Below are positions 46,728-55,465 of a stretch of 64,000 nucleotides of DNA, in pieces. The stretch comes from a virus. Its lineage: Duplodnaviria > Caudoviricetes. A model generated the notes under the pieces. The model saw only the letters and a list, made by a program, of their open reading frames with translations. It searched no databases and was not told the origin of the DNA. The translations under genes were made by a program, and so were the position numbers. The stretch lies in the IMG/VR virus record IMGVR_UViG_3300031629_000002, positions 343-64,342 of that record, one strand, 5' to 3'. How positions within the stretch are numbered: the first letter of the stretch is position 1; every line of letters starts with the position of its first letter.

Positions 46728-47404
46728 TGACTAAACTGAAAGCATACACACCGGAATGGTTCTCCGTCAAAGAGCAAGAACTCCAAGTCCTTTGTGACGA
46801 ACTATCCGAGAGAGGATGGCATCCAGCATACTTTGTTTCCGACGATCCTACTCAAGAGGTCATGGCTAATACCTTGGTTCTTTGGCGAACTGTCGTCGGC
46901 AAGGTGAGCCGTGCCCCGAAACCACTGATGGTAGATTGCCTCTACATTTGTGCTAAACTGTCGGGCAACCGTGTTGGTATCAAGGCGGTAAAACGAGCAA
47001 CAAAGTTCCTGTATGGAAAATCAGTAGAGGTATTGCCTCTCGACCGACGACGGGATCTGCGCCGTTGGGTTTGGACATACAAGGCAGAAATCCTCGCTCT
47101 CTACCCCGATAAGCGGGCGTGGGATGACTTCGTAAGCGCATGGCGTGACAACACAGTCGAGCCAGCGTATTTTGACGAGGAACCACCAATGTGCCTGTCG
47201 TGTGGGCGTGATGACTTGGAATTAACCACAGTCGTTAATCACCAACGACAGCACAAGGGGGTTGCCCATTGGGTTAAGCCCGGCACTCCCTTGAGATGGA
47301 TTCCACAGAACCGATTGCTTGAAGCAACGGTGTGCCCGAACTGTCTCTCGTTTTACAACAAATCTATCAAGAATAAGGAACTAATAACAACAAAGGAGGA
47401 ATAA
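46724..47404 (+). CDS. Protein with TFB/cyclin-like helical segment and C-terminal Zn ribbon
   Basis: RAPKPLMVDCLYICAKLSGNRVGIKAV resembles the TFIIB repeat 'R....AAclYiacr....tl.ei'; CLSC...CPNC. Confidence 0.45.
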   Translation: MMTKLKAYTPEWFSVKEQELQVLCDELSERGWHPAYFVSDDPTQEVMANTLVLWRTVVGKVSRAPKPLMVDCLYICAKLSGNRVGIKAVKRATKFLYGKSVEVLPLDRRRDLRRWVWTYKAEILALYPDKRAWDDFVSAWRDNTVEPAYFDEEPPMCLSCGRDDLELTTVVNHQRQHKGVAHWVKPGTPLRWIPQNRLLEATVCPNCLSFYNKSIKNKELITTKEE

Positions 47405-47406
47405 AT

Positions 47407-48162
47407 ATGCAAACAAAAACATGGAATATAATAGAAATAGGCCCGCATGATGAAAATATACGATTTATAGGGGGGAACAGAAGCGTCGATCCAAAAATCG
47501 TTAAAAAACTGAAAGCCAGCATGACTGAACACGGTGTTTTGTCAGCCATTACAGTGATGAAGAAGCGTAAGAACTTTCACATCGTGGACGGTCAGCACCG
47601 CTACACCGCCGCTAAAGAACTGGAATACAGTATGCCAGCAATTGTCATCTCAAATGGTGATGTTGAGGCAATCAAAGACATGAACACTATTCAAAAGTCG
47701 TGGTCGCTGACGAACTTTGCTGACTTCTACGCTGAAATGTCGCCGGAAGAATCGACACAGGAAGCCTATGTTGAATTGAAGGAAACCCAAGAAACAACCA
47801 CTTTGAATTACAGTGCTTTGCTCCACATACATGGTAGCACCATTGGCCGTTTCAAGAAGGGGCTATTTGTGATAAAGGACAGGGAGTTCGCTGATAAGGT
47901 AATTAGCCATATCCAAGACATACTACCCTATGTTCCCTTTGCAGATCTCGCTCGATTCATTGACGCCTATGCTCGCATGGTAAAACATGAGTCATACAAC
48001 CATGAACACATGTTGCATAAATTAGAAGTCTATACTGGTCTTGAAAACCCACCGATTGACATTGATAAGAAAGCCAACCCAGCAGGATATGGCCGACTCA
48101 TGCAAGGTATTTTCAATTACAAAACAAGGGTAAATGATTTGGTAATGTTCGCAAACTGGTGA
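47407..48162 (+). CDS. ParB/Srx-like N-terminal domain protein
   Basis: NRSVD...VKKLKASM.EHG....ITV......IVDGQHRYTAAKEL. Confidence 0.8.
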   Translation: MQTKTWNIIEIGPHDENIRFIGGNRSVDPKIVKKLKASMTEHGVLSAITVMKKRKNFHIVDGQHRYTAAKELEYSMPAIVISNGDVEAIKDMNTIQKSWSLTNFADFYAEMSPEESTQEAYVELKETQETTTLNYSALLHIHGSTIGRFKKGLFVIKDREFADKVISHIQDILPYVPFADLARFIDAYARMVKHESYNHEHMLHKLEVYTGLENPPIDIDKKANPAGYGRLMQGIFNYKTRVNDLVMFANW

Positions 48163-48166
48163 TTCT

Positions 48167-48430
48167 ATGCAAGGATATACAATAGGCGACCGATGGGTGA
48201 ACAACCACACTGGTGATGTAGCACGAATGACTGGGTGTGAGACTGTTATTATCAAAAGTAATGACGAATGCAAAGGCACCGGAGTTCATGTCTATACCTT
48301 GACCTATGAAGACGACTCGATCTACATGAGAAACGCACTGACTCATCAATTCAGCCATGTAGTCCGAATGGATGAGGAATGTATCAAATTGCACTTCACC
48401 TGCCTTGAGACAAACGACGAAGAGGAATGA
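48167..48430 (+). CDS. Hypothetical protein
   Basis: GGTGA SD; coupled to the next gene. Confidence 0.6.
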   Translation: MQGYTIGDRWVNNHTGDVARMTGCETVIIKSNDECKGTGVHVYTLTYEDDSIYMRNALTHQFSHVVRMDEECIKLHFTCLETNDEEE

Positions 48431-49878
48431 ATATGAGCGTGAACTTCACACATATTGCCGCTTGTTGCAGACAAGCATACAATGGTGTGCGAAGGCCATA
48501 CATCGTGGCGGAGTCGGCATTTGCTATGACTCCCAAGGAGATACCCGAACTCATAGACTTCTTTTACGAAGACAGCCGACTTGACAGGAAATTGACCGAC
48601 GAGGATCTGCGAGAGATTTTCTATCATCTCACAGACCTTTACCCCGAAGAAGCGGTAGCGGAACCCGACACTGTGGAACTGTTATCGAAACTGGTGACGA
48701 CAGGAAATGAAACCAAAATGACTTTCGGTTTCGCCTATCAACGGATGCAGGATATACTCAATGCTGATTCAAACCAAGTCCGTGCTATGATTATGCGTAT
48801 CGTGTTGAAACGAACTCATCCCCGTGATGCCTATTGGTTCATCCTTCGTTTGACACGAACCGCTAATCCTTTCAAGCGTCGGGATATACTCACGGCACTG
48901 GCAAAACAATACAACATTCCAGTGCAACGCTTGATGAAGGAATCTATGTTCTCTTCACTAAAGGCAGTGGCGGAAAAGGTGTTGGCTGGTGCTGATATGA
49001 TCGGAGTGCCGAGGATTGGCGATTCGATGATACTACCACTACCACGCCGACATAAGGGAGAGGATTTACCTTTCACCACTGCCAATGCTGAACTTGAGGT
49101 TATTCGTGGCGAACGACTGACTCTCCATGTTGGGGAGTCGATTGGTTCGATGTTGTATGACCCACATGGTGTTGAGGTTGAGGAAGTGGACAGCACTCAA
49201 TTAGCATCCTGTCTTGAAGAAGGCATCTATGTGGTCGAACATACACCCCAAGACGATTTCCCCCTCAAGGTATGCGACATACTCACATTGGAGGGACAGG
49301 AAGCCCATGACTGGGACAGACGGAAACGCCGCCAATACATACAGGATGAAGTATCAGATCTACTCATCAAGGAAACGCAAAGCGTGGACAACATGAAGCA
49401 GGTAAAGAAACTTGCACCAAAGAACGGAGTGTGTTTCATACATAACCCCGCTTCTAATCTCTCTTACACCAGCGACAACAAAGAGGTGGTGCTATTCAGC
49501 ACGAAGCACAACGGAGAGATATTCCGTGTGGTTGCTGGGGTATGGCAACATGAACCAGCCCGTGGCTTGGTGTTGAACGGCTGGTGCGTAGCCGCCCGTG
49601 ATGGCATTGACGGTTATTATGAGGTAGGAACTATTACTGCCGAGCATCACATAGAGAAGCGTTTAGCACGAATGACAGGAGAAGCAAAGGCCGTTGAAGG
49701 GTCACGGGTGGATATGAAAGCACCAACCTTTGTTGAGGTTGAGATCCACTTCGCTGACTATGACGACCGTGGCATACACATTCAAGGAGTCATCACTGAT
49801 TTGGCACCAACCGCAGGGTTGTCCGATGTAGTCCCTGTCGAGGATGTAGAGTATTTGGTAGGTGAAGACGATGCTTGA
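48427..49878 (+). CDS. ATP-dependent DNA ligase-like protein, probably catalytically inactive
   Basis: Ligase-like layout (helical DBD, adenylation, OB domains): DAYWFILRLT, LKVCDIL...RRKRRQ, YYEVGTI, PTFVEV. Motif I reads LEVIRGERLTLH instead of ExKxDGxR. Confidence 0.65.
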   Translation: MNMSVNFTHIAACCRQAYNGVRRPYIVAESAFAMTPKEIPELIDFFYEDSRLDRKLTDEDLREIFYHLTDLYPEEAVAEPDTVELLSKLVTTGNETKMTFGFAYQRMQDILNADSNQVRAMIMRIVLKRTHPRDAYWFILRLTRTANPFKRRDILTALAKQYNIPVQRLMKESMFSSLKAVAEKVLAGADMIGVPRIGDSMILPLPRRHKGEDLPFTTANAELEVIRGERLTLHVGESIGSMLYDPHGVEVEEVDSTQLASCLEEGIYVVEHTPQDDFPLKVCDILTLEGQEAHDWDRRKRRQYIQDEVSDLLIKETQSVDNMKQVKKLAPKNGVCFIHNPASNLSYTSDNKEVVLFSTKHNGEIFRVVAGVWQHEPARGLVLNGWCVAARDGIDGYYEVGTITAEHHIEKRLARMTGEAKAVEGSRVDMKAPTFVEVEIHFADYDDRGIHIQGVITDLAPTAGLSDVVPVEDVEYLVGEDDA

Positions 49879-50236
49879 AGAAGAGGACATCACTATACTA
49901 CTGGTAGCACACAACATTAGGTTCCGTATTGCTTCACGCCTCACCACGAAGAACCAAACTGGGTATGACATAAGACCCGAATGCGACCTCTTTGGCCGTA
50001 GAACTATTCCAGCGCAAGTGAGCGCATTCCTGATCGAGAACGGGTTGCCCGTTCAACAGCGATACACTAAAGCCCATCATTTGACACGGCTTTTGAGGCT
50101 GATGAAGCCGTTCATCCATTTCACTAAGGATCCGGAAGGTTTTTTAGCCGTCTCGGCTCATGTCGGTAGTCTTCCCGAAGCGACTACACATGCTGGCGTG
50201 TTGGAGATATTAGATAAATTAGAGGTGATTGAATGA
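49871..50236 (+). CDS. Hypothetical protein, possibly a degenerate LAGLIDADG fold
   Basis: RFRIASRLTTKNQTGYDIRPE...LTRLLRLMKPF; weak resemblance only. Confidence 0.5.
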   Translation: MLEEEDITILLVAHNIRFRIASRLTTKNQTGYDIRPECDLFGRRTIPAQVSAFLIENGLPVQQRYTKAHHLTRLLRLMKPFIHFTKDPEGFLAVSAHVGSLPEATTHAGVLEILDKLEVIE

Positions 50237-50805
50237 ATCTGTTTGAAGACGAGGCACTTGACACGAACGACTGGTTCGATGTATGCCCAAACGCCGAGGA
50301 TATTATTTTCGATGAGAAGAAGGTATCACTGTTTGATGCCATGCGAAAGTGGTTGAACGACTACGACCGCCTCCATGTAAGAGATGCTTTGGAAACCGCC
50401 TCCACACACCACGCATTCATGCTTGATGTTATGAATGCCACATGCCCCAACGATCCAACCGTGATGTTTGCCGCCCGTGAACTATTACAGAAGGAGAGTT
50501 TTGGTATTATGTATTCCCTGCTGGCACTTTCAAAGGATGGTTCCGGTCGCCGTCGCATTACCTTTCCAAACAAAGCCCCAAAGCCTGTGCCGAACCGCCT
50601 ACTTGCTGTGTTCGGATTGCGACCAAGTGAACAGAATTGGTTTGAGAGAATTGTAGCCCGTGAAGAGAATGTTCGGGCGGTCTTACCACACCTTTTAGAC
50701 AGCGATTGGGATTTCATCATCCATGATAAAGCAACGCTACTAAAACCGACCCCTAAACAGGCTACTAAGAGCCTGTCCATTGAAGATTGGGGGTCGAGTC
50801 GATGA
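50233..50805 (+). CDS. Hypothetical protein (possible clamp-loader large-subunit remnant)
   Basis: GAGGTGA SD; directly upstream of the RFC gene; function inferred from context. Confidence 0.55.
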   Translation: MNLFEDEALDTNDWFDVCPNAEDIIFDEKKVSLFDAMRKWLNDYDRLHVRDALETASTHHAFMLDVMNATCPNDPTVMFAARELLQKESFGIMYSLLALSKDGSGRRRITFPNKAPKPVPNRLLAVFGLRPSEQNWFERIVAREENVRAVLPHLLDSDWDFIIHDKATLLKPTPKQATKSLSIEDWGSSR

Positions 50806-50858
50806 CACCCCAACCTATATACCCAACCCCCTATTGGCATGAATCCCACGGAAGTGTA

Positions 50859-51818
50859 ATGATGACTCAATTATGGATGACCCACCGCCCCGACACCCTA
50901 CAAGGAATGGTTGGGCTTGAGCAATTGAAGGACGATGTGCCTTCATGGGTAGTCCATTCACAGAACAAGCATCAATTAAGGTGTGGGGGAGTCATATTCT
51001 ATGGGAAACCGGGCACTGGTAAGACCAGTGGAGCAAGGGCTATTGCTAAGGATATGCTCGGATCTGGTTTCGATAACAATTTCCATGAGTTCAACGCCTC
51101 CGACGAGAGAGGCATACAGTTCGTAAGAACCCGCCTCAAGCCTTTGGCTGAACAGAAGGCAGTAGGCCACGATTTCAAAGTGATAGTGCTGGATGAAGCC
51201 GACGGACTCACCAAGGACGCTCAAGACGCCATGCGCCAATTGATCGAACAGACTGGTTCACATGTCCTTTGGATTCTCACATGCAACCGTATTGGTCGCA
51301 TTATACCTGCTCTCCGTTCAAGACTACCAGCATACTCATTCAGCCCTCTTGGGGATGATGACGCCGTTGGTTTCATTGTCCGTATAATAGAGGAAGAAGG
51401 ATTTCCTACACAGTGGAGTGAGAATGTCCAGCAGTTCGTCGCAAAATACAAAGGCGATATGCGTGCTTGTTTGAAGGCTATGCAAACATGCAATCCCGAA
51501 GACCCCGACGCACTACTTCGTCTCATAGCCGTTGATATGTCGCCTATTTTCGCACTTTATACGGATATGCTTACTACCGAGGCGACAATTACCGTTGCCT
51601 CCGAACTCATCAATACTCTCGGCATAAACCGTGACGAGTGCATAGAAGGATTGCATGAAGCCATCCTTCAAAATTACAAAGACAATGAGATAACTTACTT
51701 GGTTGCATGTAAGCATCTCATGATCCTCGGACAGTGGGCGGCAAGAAGCCCCGACTGGACAGCGAGCGATCTCCTATTCCTCCATGCTATGATTGGGGAT
51801 TATGAACAAAGAGGGTGA
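50859..51818 (+). CDS. rfcS: Replication factor C small subunit (clamp loader)
   Basis: W...RP.TL, GKPGTGKTS, EFNASDERGI, LDEADGLTKDAQDAMR, IIPALRSR, GDMR. Confidence 0.93.
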   Translation: MMTQLWMTHRPDTLQGMVGLEQLKDDVPSWVVHSQNKHQLRCGGVIFYGKPGTGKTSGARAIAKDMLGSGFDNNFHEFNASDERGIQFVRTRLKPLAEQKAVGHDFKVIVLDEADGLTKDAQDAMRQLIEQTGSHVLWILTCNRIGRIIPALRSRLPAYSFSPLGDDDAVGFIVRIIEEEGFPTQWSENVQQFVAKYKGDMRACLKAMQTCNPEDPDALLRLIAVDMSPIFALYTDMLTTEATITVASELINTLGINRDECIEGLHEAILQNYKDNEITYLVACKHLMILGQWAARSPDWTASDLLFLHAMIGDYEQRG

Positions 51819-51823
51819 AATAT

Positions 51824-53164
51824 ATGAGCGAAAGACAAATTGGAAATGATTGCATAAGCGAAGCGGCTAAAATACTTGGAATAGGGGTAGAAGAGGCATT
51901 AGCCTCTTTTGGTGCGTGGATGAACGAAACCTTCACCGACATGTGGGAACTGGCTGGTAATTCAGCACAGGGCTTGGATGCTGATGATTTTAACGACTTT
52001 GCTGACATGTATGTATGTGCTAATCGCCCAAGTGGCGGTGGCGGCGGCGGATCTGGCGAAGAGTGGGTTGGTATGTTCATCGGCTTCGACCGACGCTTTG
52101 ACTTGATGAAGCGCAAGCGTGAGTCGGCTATCGACTTCGCTACTTCCGACCTTACAGGTGCTATCAAAAACGGATTCAATTACAACGGTAACAAAGTCGG
52201 TATTGGCCGTGCTTACACCTCCGAAGGCGTATGGCGAGCCGAACACGGTAGTGGGACATTTGTGTCAAAGGACACATCCGACTCATCACCCGACTGGGTT
52301 ATTCCTCTCAACGAGAAACTATCGATCTGTATGCTCAAGGGTGACAACACTCCACAGCGTGCTACCGCTATGAAGTCTCTTTGGGCTTTCCACGGCAACG
52401 CCAAGGACAAGTTCCTTGACGAAGGCCCGATTATGATTACTGTTGAAGGTGCTTTTGAAGGTGCTACACACGACTGGAACCTTTGGCAACCAATTTCCAT
52501 CAAAGGAAAGTTCGATGCAGAAGGCTACAACGGTGCTGGCCCTACTCTATCGGTGAGCAACACAAAGTCCACCTATGGTCTTGACTGGGTTCCCGAAGGT
52601 AAGAAGCGAGACACATGTGTTGGCCTGTTCAATCCCGAACAATACCTCACTACTACTGGTGACTGTGCTGTTAATTTGAAGGATTTGCTCTCTCACCATC
52701 TCGACAACCGCCGTGAGTCATACACTGACCGCAACGGTATTCAACGCTATGATGGCCCTATGGTCTGTATTGTTGGTGGTGTCATGGACATTAACCATGA
52801 AGGCCGTGAGTCCCAGTGGGACACCACAGGCCGTGACTACTGGCTATCCATCAGCACACAGGTTCTTCGCCGTGAAGATCCAAATGCTCGCATTGGTATT
52901 GGCGTTGCCGGACAAGTGAAGGAGGCTCATAATGCTCTCTCCGTTCTCAAGGGCGGCGAATGGCTACCATACGCAAAGGGTTCCCGTGTTTGGGTCGTCG
53001 GTCGAACCGAGTCCTATACCAACCAAGACGGCGATGAAGTCGTCAAGGTTCAAGCACACGGTATCTATGCAGTTCCACACAAGTCTATTCCAGCACGCAA
53101 GCCGAGCGAGTCAAGTAACGATCTTGGCAACCTCAATGGCTTCGGTGTCGGAGGTGATGAATGA
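51824..53164 (+). CDS. Putative OB-fold ssDNA-binding (RPA-like) protein
   Basis: Beta-rich and aromatic; C-terminal KGSRVWVVGRT...VQAHGIY OB-like strands; lies in the replication cluster. Confidence 0.5.
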   Translation: MSERQIGNDCISEAAKILGIGVEEALASFGAWMNETFTDMWELAGNSAQGLDADDFNDFADMYVCANRPSGGGGGGSGEEWVGMFIGFDRRFDLMKRKRESAIDFATSDLTGAIKNGFNYNGNKVGIGRAYTSEGVWRAEHGSGTFVSKDTSDSSPDWVIPLNEKLSICMLKGDNTPQRATAMKSLWAFHGNAKDKFLDEGPIMITVEGAFEGATHDWNLWQPISIKGKFDAEGYNGAGPTLSVSNTKSTYGLDWVPEGKKRDTCVGLFNPEQYLTTTGDCAVNLKDLLSHHLDNRRESYTDRNGIQRYDGPMVCIVGGVMDINHEGRESQWDTTGRDYWLSISTQVLRREDPNARIGIGVAGQVKEAHNALSVLKGGEWLPYAKGSRVWVVGRTESYTNQDGDEVVKVQAHGIYAVPHKSIPARKPSESSNDLGNLNGFGVGGDE

Positions 53165-54372
53165 TGGCAGGAACAGGATTTTTGGACGGCTTTAAGGAAA
53201 AGAAAGGAAACTACGAACCACCAACCAAGACGGCTGGATCGAAGAAGGCGGCGGCGGCACCACGCCCTGCCACGAAAGAGGAAAGAGAACAATTCATTCC
53301 TCCCGACACCCCCTCCGTTGAACACGAACAATCGCTCGACGAGGAACCACCTGTCGATGAGCCTTCTCCTTCACCACCAAAGGTGAAGAGTAAGCCAAAC
53401 AACAACAAGGTGAATCGTGCCCATACGGAGAGTCACCTATCACGGGTCAATCCAACAATCGCTACCATGATTGCTAATGCTCGCCAACCGATGAATACCC
53501 CACAGGCATTCGTCATGTGCGGAATCGCTGGACATCCAAAGACAGGAAAGACTGGTATGGTGCTTGACAGCCTCACCCCACAAGAAGTGAAAGCCGGTGC
53601 CGAGATTTGGCACATTGATTTCGATCTTGGTGGAGAGACAACAAAGGCGGCTCACCATTCGGATAAGGCCGAAAACATGGTTATCCTCAACCCTTGGGTC
53701 TTCAATTACGGTGAGAGTCGTGTTCCTTATGACTTCCCTGCTACATTCCAACAGACCATTGATATTCTCAAAACTGCTAAATCCCAAATGGAAGCACAGG
53801 CTGAATACTTCGCTGAACATGGCAAAATGCCTAAACCATACCTAAAGACTGTGGTGTTCGATGGAGCAGACCATTGGCTACATATCACTGAAACCTGTAT
53901 GAAGGTAGATGACTTGGATCTGGGTGTCGATGGTATCGCTGTTTCCGGTAAGAAGACAACCACGCAAATTGGTCGCTTCAATTGGAACATCCGTGCTACT
54001 CGCTATCAAACTGCTATGGTTGCCATGCGTGAACTATGTCGTGGTGGAGTCCACTGCTACATCATTACTCACATGAAACCGGGTTATGACAAGAACGGAA
54101 ACGAACTTGCAGGACAGGACACACCGAAGTGGCTTAAGGACACCGAAGGACACCTTCAACAAGTTATCTATACTGAACTCGAAGAGGAACGCAACGAGAG
54201 TGGCGAAATGACGGGCGTTGTCCGTGGCTACGCTGTCATCGTTGCAGATCGAACTTCTCTCCAATCGTCGGGTCGTGTTATGCTCTTTGAGCGAAACGAC
54301 GACGGTGGCGTTTGGCACGGATGGCCGGGTATTAAAGAAGGCGACTTCACAGTGACAGGAGGCGATGAATGA
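53161..54372 (+). CDS. RecA-superfamily/AAA_24 (Sak4-like) ATPase
   Basis: GHPKTGKT, HIDFDLG, TVVFDG, IITH. Confidence 0.75.
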   Translation: MMAGTGFLDGFKEKKGNYEPPTKTAGSKKAAAAPRPATKEEREQFIPPDTPSVEHEQSLDEEPPVDEPSPSPPKVKSKPNNNKVNRAHTESHLSRVNPTIATMIANARQPMNTPQAFVMCGIAGHPKTGKTGMVLDSLTPQEVKAGAEIWHIDFDLGGETTKAAHHSDKAENMVILNPWVFNYGESRVPYDFPATFQQTIDILKTAKSQMEAQAEYFAEHGKMPKPYLKTVVFDGADHWLHITETCMKVDDLDLGVDGIAVSGKKTTTQIGRFNWNIRATRYQTAMVAMRELCRGGVHCYIITHMKPGYDKNGNELAGQDTPKWLKDTEGHLQQVIYTELEEERNESGEMTGVVRGYAVIVADRTSLQSSGRVMLFERNDDGGVWHGWPGIKEGDFTVTGGDE

Positions 54373-54671
54373 TGGTGCAAATGACGATTAACTATACCAT
54401 AGGTGGTAAGGAAACCAAGACGGTGACAGGCGAGTGGGTTATTGCCACTGGCCCGTTCTCATCCTTTTGGGTAGTCAAGAACGACGAAGGTATTTTCTCC
54501 GTGAGCGAACACACGGTTATTACTATCCTTTGCGACGAATTACCCGACGCTATCATGATCCCTGTTGAAGACGCATTGAATCATATTACTATGCAAAAGG
54601 AAATGATGGTGAACCAATTGACCCAACAGTATTCAAGTGAACTAAACCCTTCAAGGAGGGATTACTCTTGA
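54369..54671 (+). CDS. Hypothetical protein
   Basis: ATGA-coupled ORF. Confidence 0.65.
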   Translation: MMVQMTINYTIGGKETKTVTGEWVIATGPFSSFWVVKNDEGIFSVSEHTVITILCDELPDAIMIPVEDALNHITMQKEMMVNQLTQQYSSELNPSRRDYS

Positions 54672-55465
54672 GTGGGTTCCGTATGCTTCAACACAACCTG
54701 CTCGGTTTCCTCAAGGCTTTCGACGGCATGGACGATTTAGTCGTCACTGTCACGGAAGAGGGTCTTGTTGCGGCAGGAACGCTTGAGAAGGCTTACTTCA
54801 TCACACGGTGGACAAACTACCGTGAGGGCGAAGAATGCCTCGTAGAAGGCGAAATACCACTGGGACAATTGAAGACCTTTACATCCCTCATCAGCGAATG
54901 CGGTGCAGGAAACGAAGAAGTGGAATTACAGGTAAGTGAGGATAACATGATCCAAGTCATTGGTTCTAATGCAAAGTTCTCTATGCCAACAGTGAACACT
55001 GCTTCATCACAGGCTGGTGTTTCGGCTGTTGTAGCCATGATTGAGGAAAGTGAAGCATCCGATTGGATGGCTTTTGGTTCGGCTAATTTTGGTTTTCATA
55101 TGGCCTTCGATTCATCGGAGTTCCAGCAATTACGCAATACAGGTAAGGCCATCCAAAGCGGTGCGCTCTATTGCCTTGAAGCGAATGTCGCTGGTTTGAC
55201 ACTAAGTGTCAAGCGTGATCAAATACGCATGGAATCTACACTTGAACCCCAAGAGAGCAGTGTCGCTGATGAAGACGACATTACTCTAAATTGGTTTGGA
55301 AAGTGGCTTATGGATGCTCTCAAGGCTATGCCGGGAAATGGGACAATCCACTTGCACGGAGGCAACGACAGCCCCCTGCTAATACGCCACGAATCACCCG
55401 ATGGTGATTTTGGAACGCACACAGTTATTGCACCCCGGCAAGAAGAAGCCGAGGGTTCTCAATGA
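54668..55465 (+). CDS. pcn: PCNA-like DNA sliding clamp
   Basis: Acidic, 265 aa; C-terminal WLMDALKAM...IHLHGGNDSPLLI...VIAPR is typical of PCNA; adjacent to polB; TTG start. Confidence 0.75.
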   Translation: MSGFRMLQHNLLGFLKAFDGMDDLVVTVTEEGLVAAGTLEKAYFITRWTNYREGEECLVEGEIPLGQLKTFTSLISECGAGNEEVELQVSEDNMIQVIGSNAKFSMPTVNTASSQAGVSAVVAMIEESEASDWMAFGSANFGFHMAFDSSEFQQLRNTGKAIQSGALYCLEANVAGLTLSVKRDQIRMESTLEPQESSVADEDDITLNWFGKWLMDALKAMPGNGTIHLHGGNDSPLLIRHESPDGDFGTHTVIAPRQEEAEGSQ

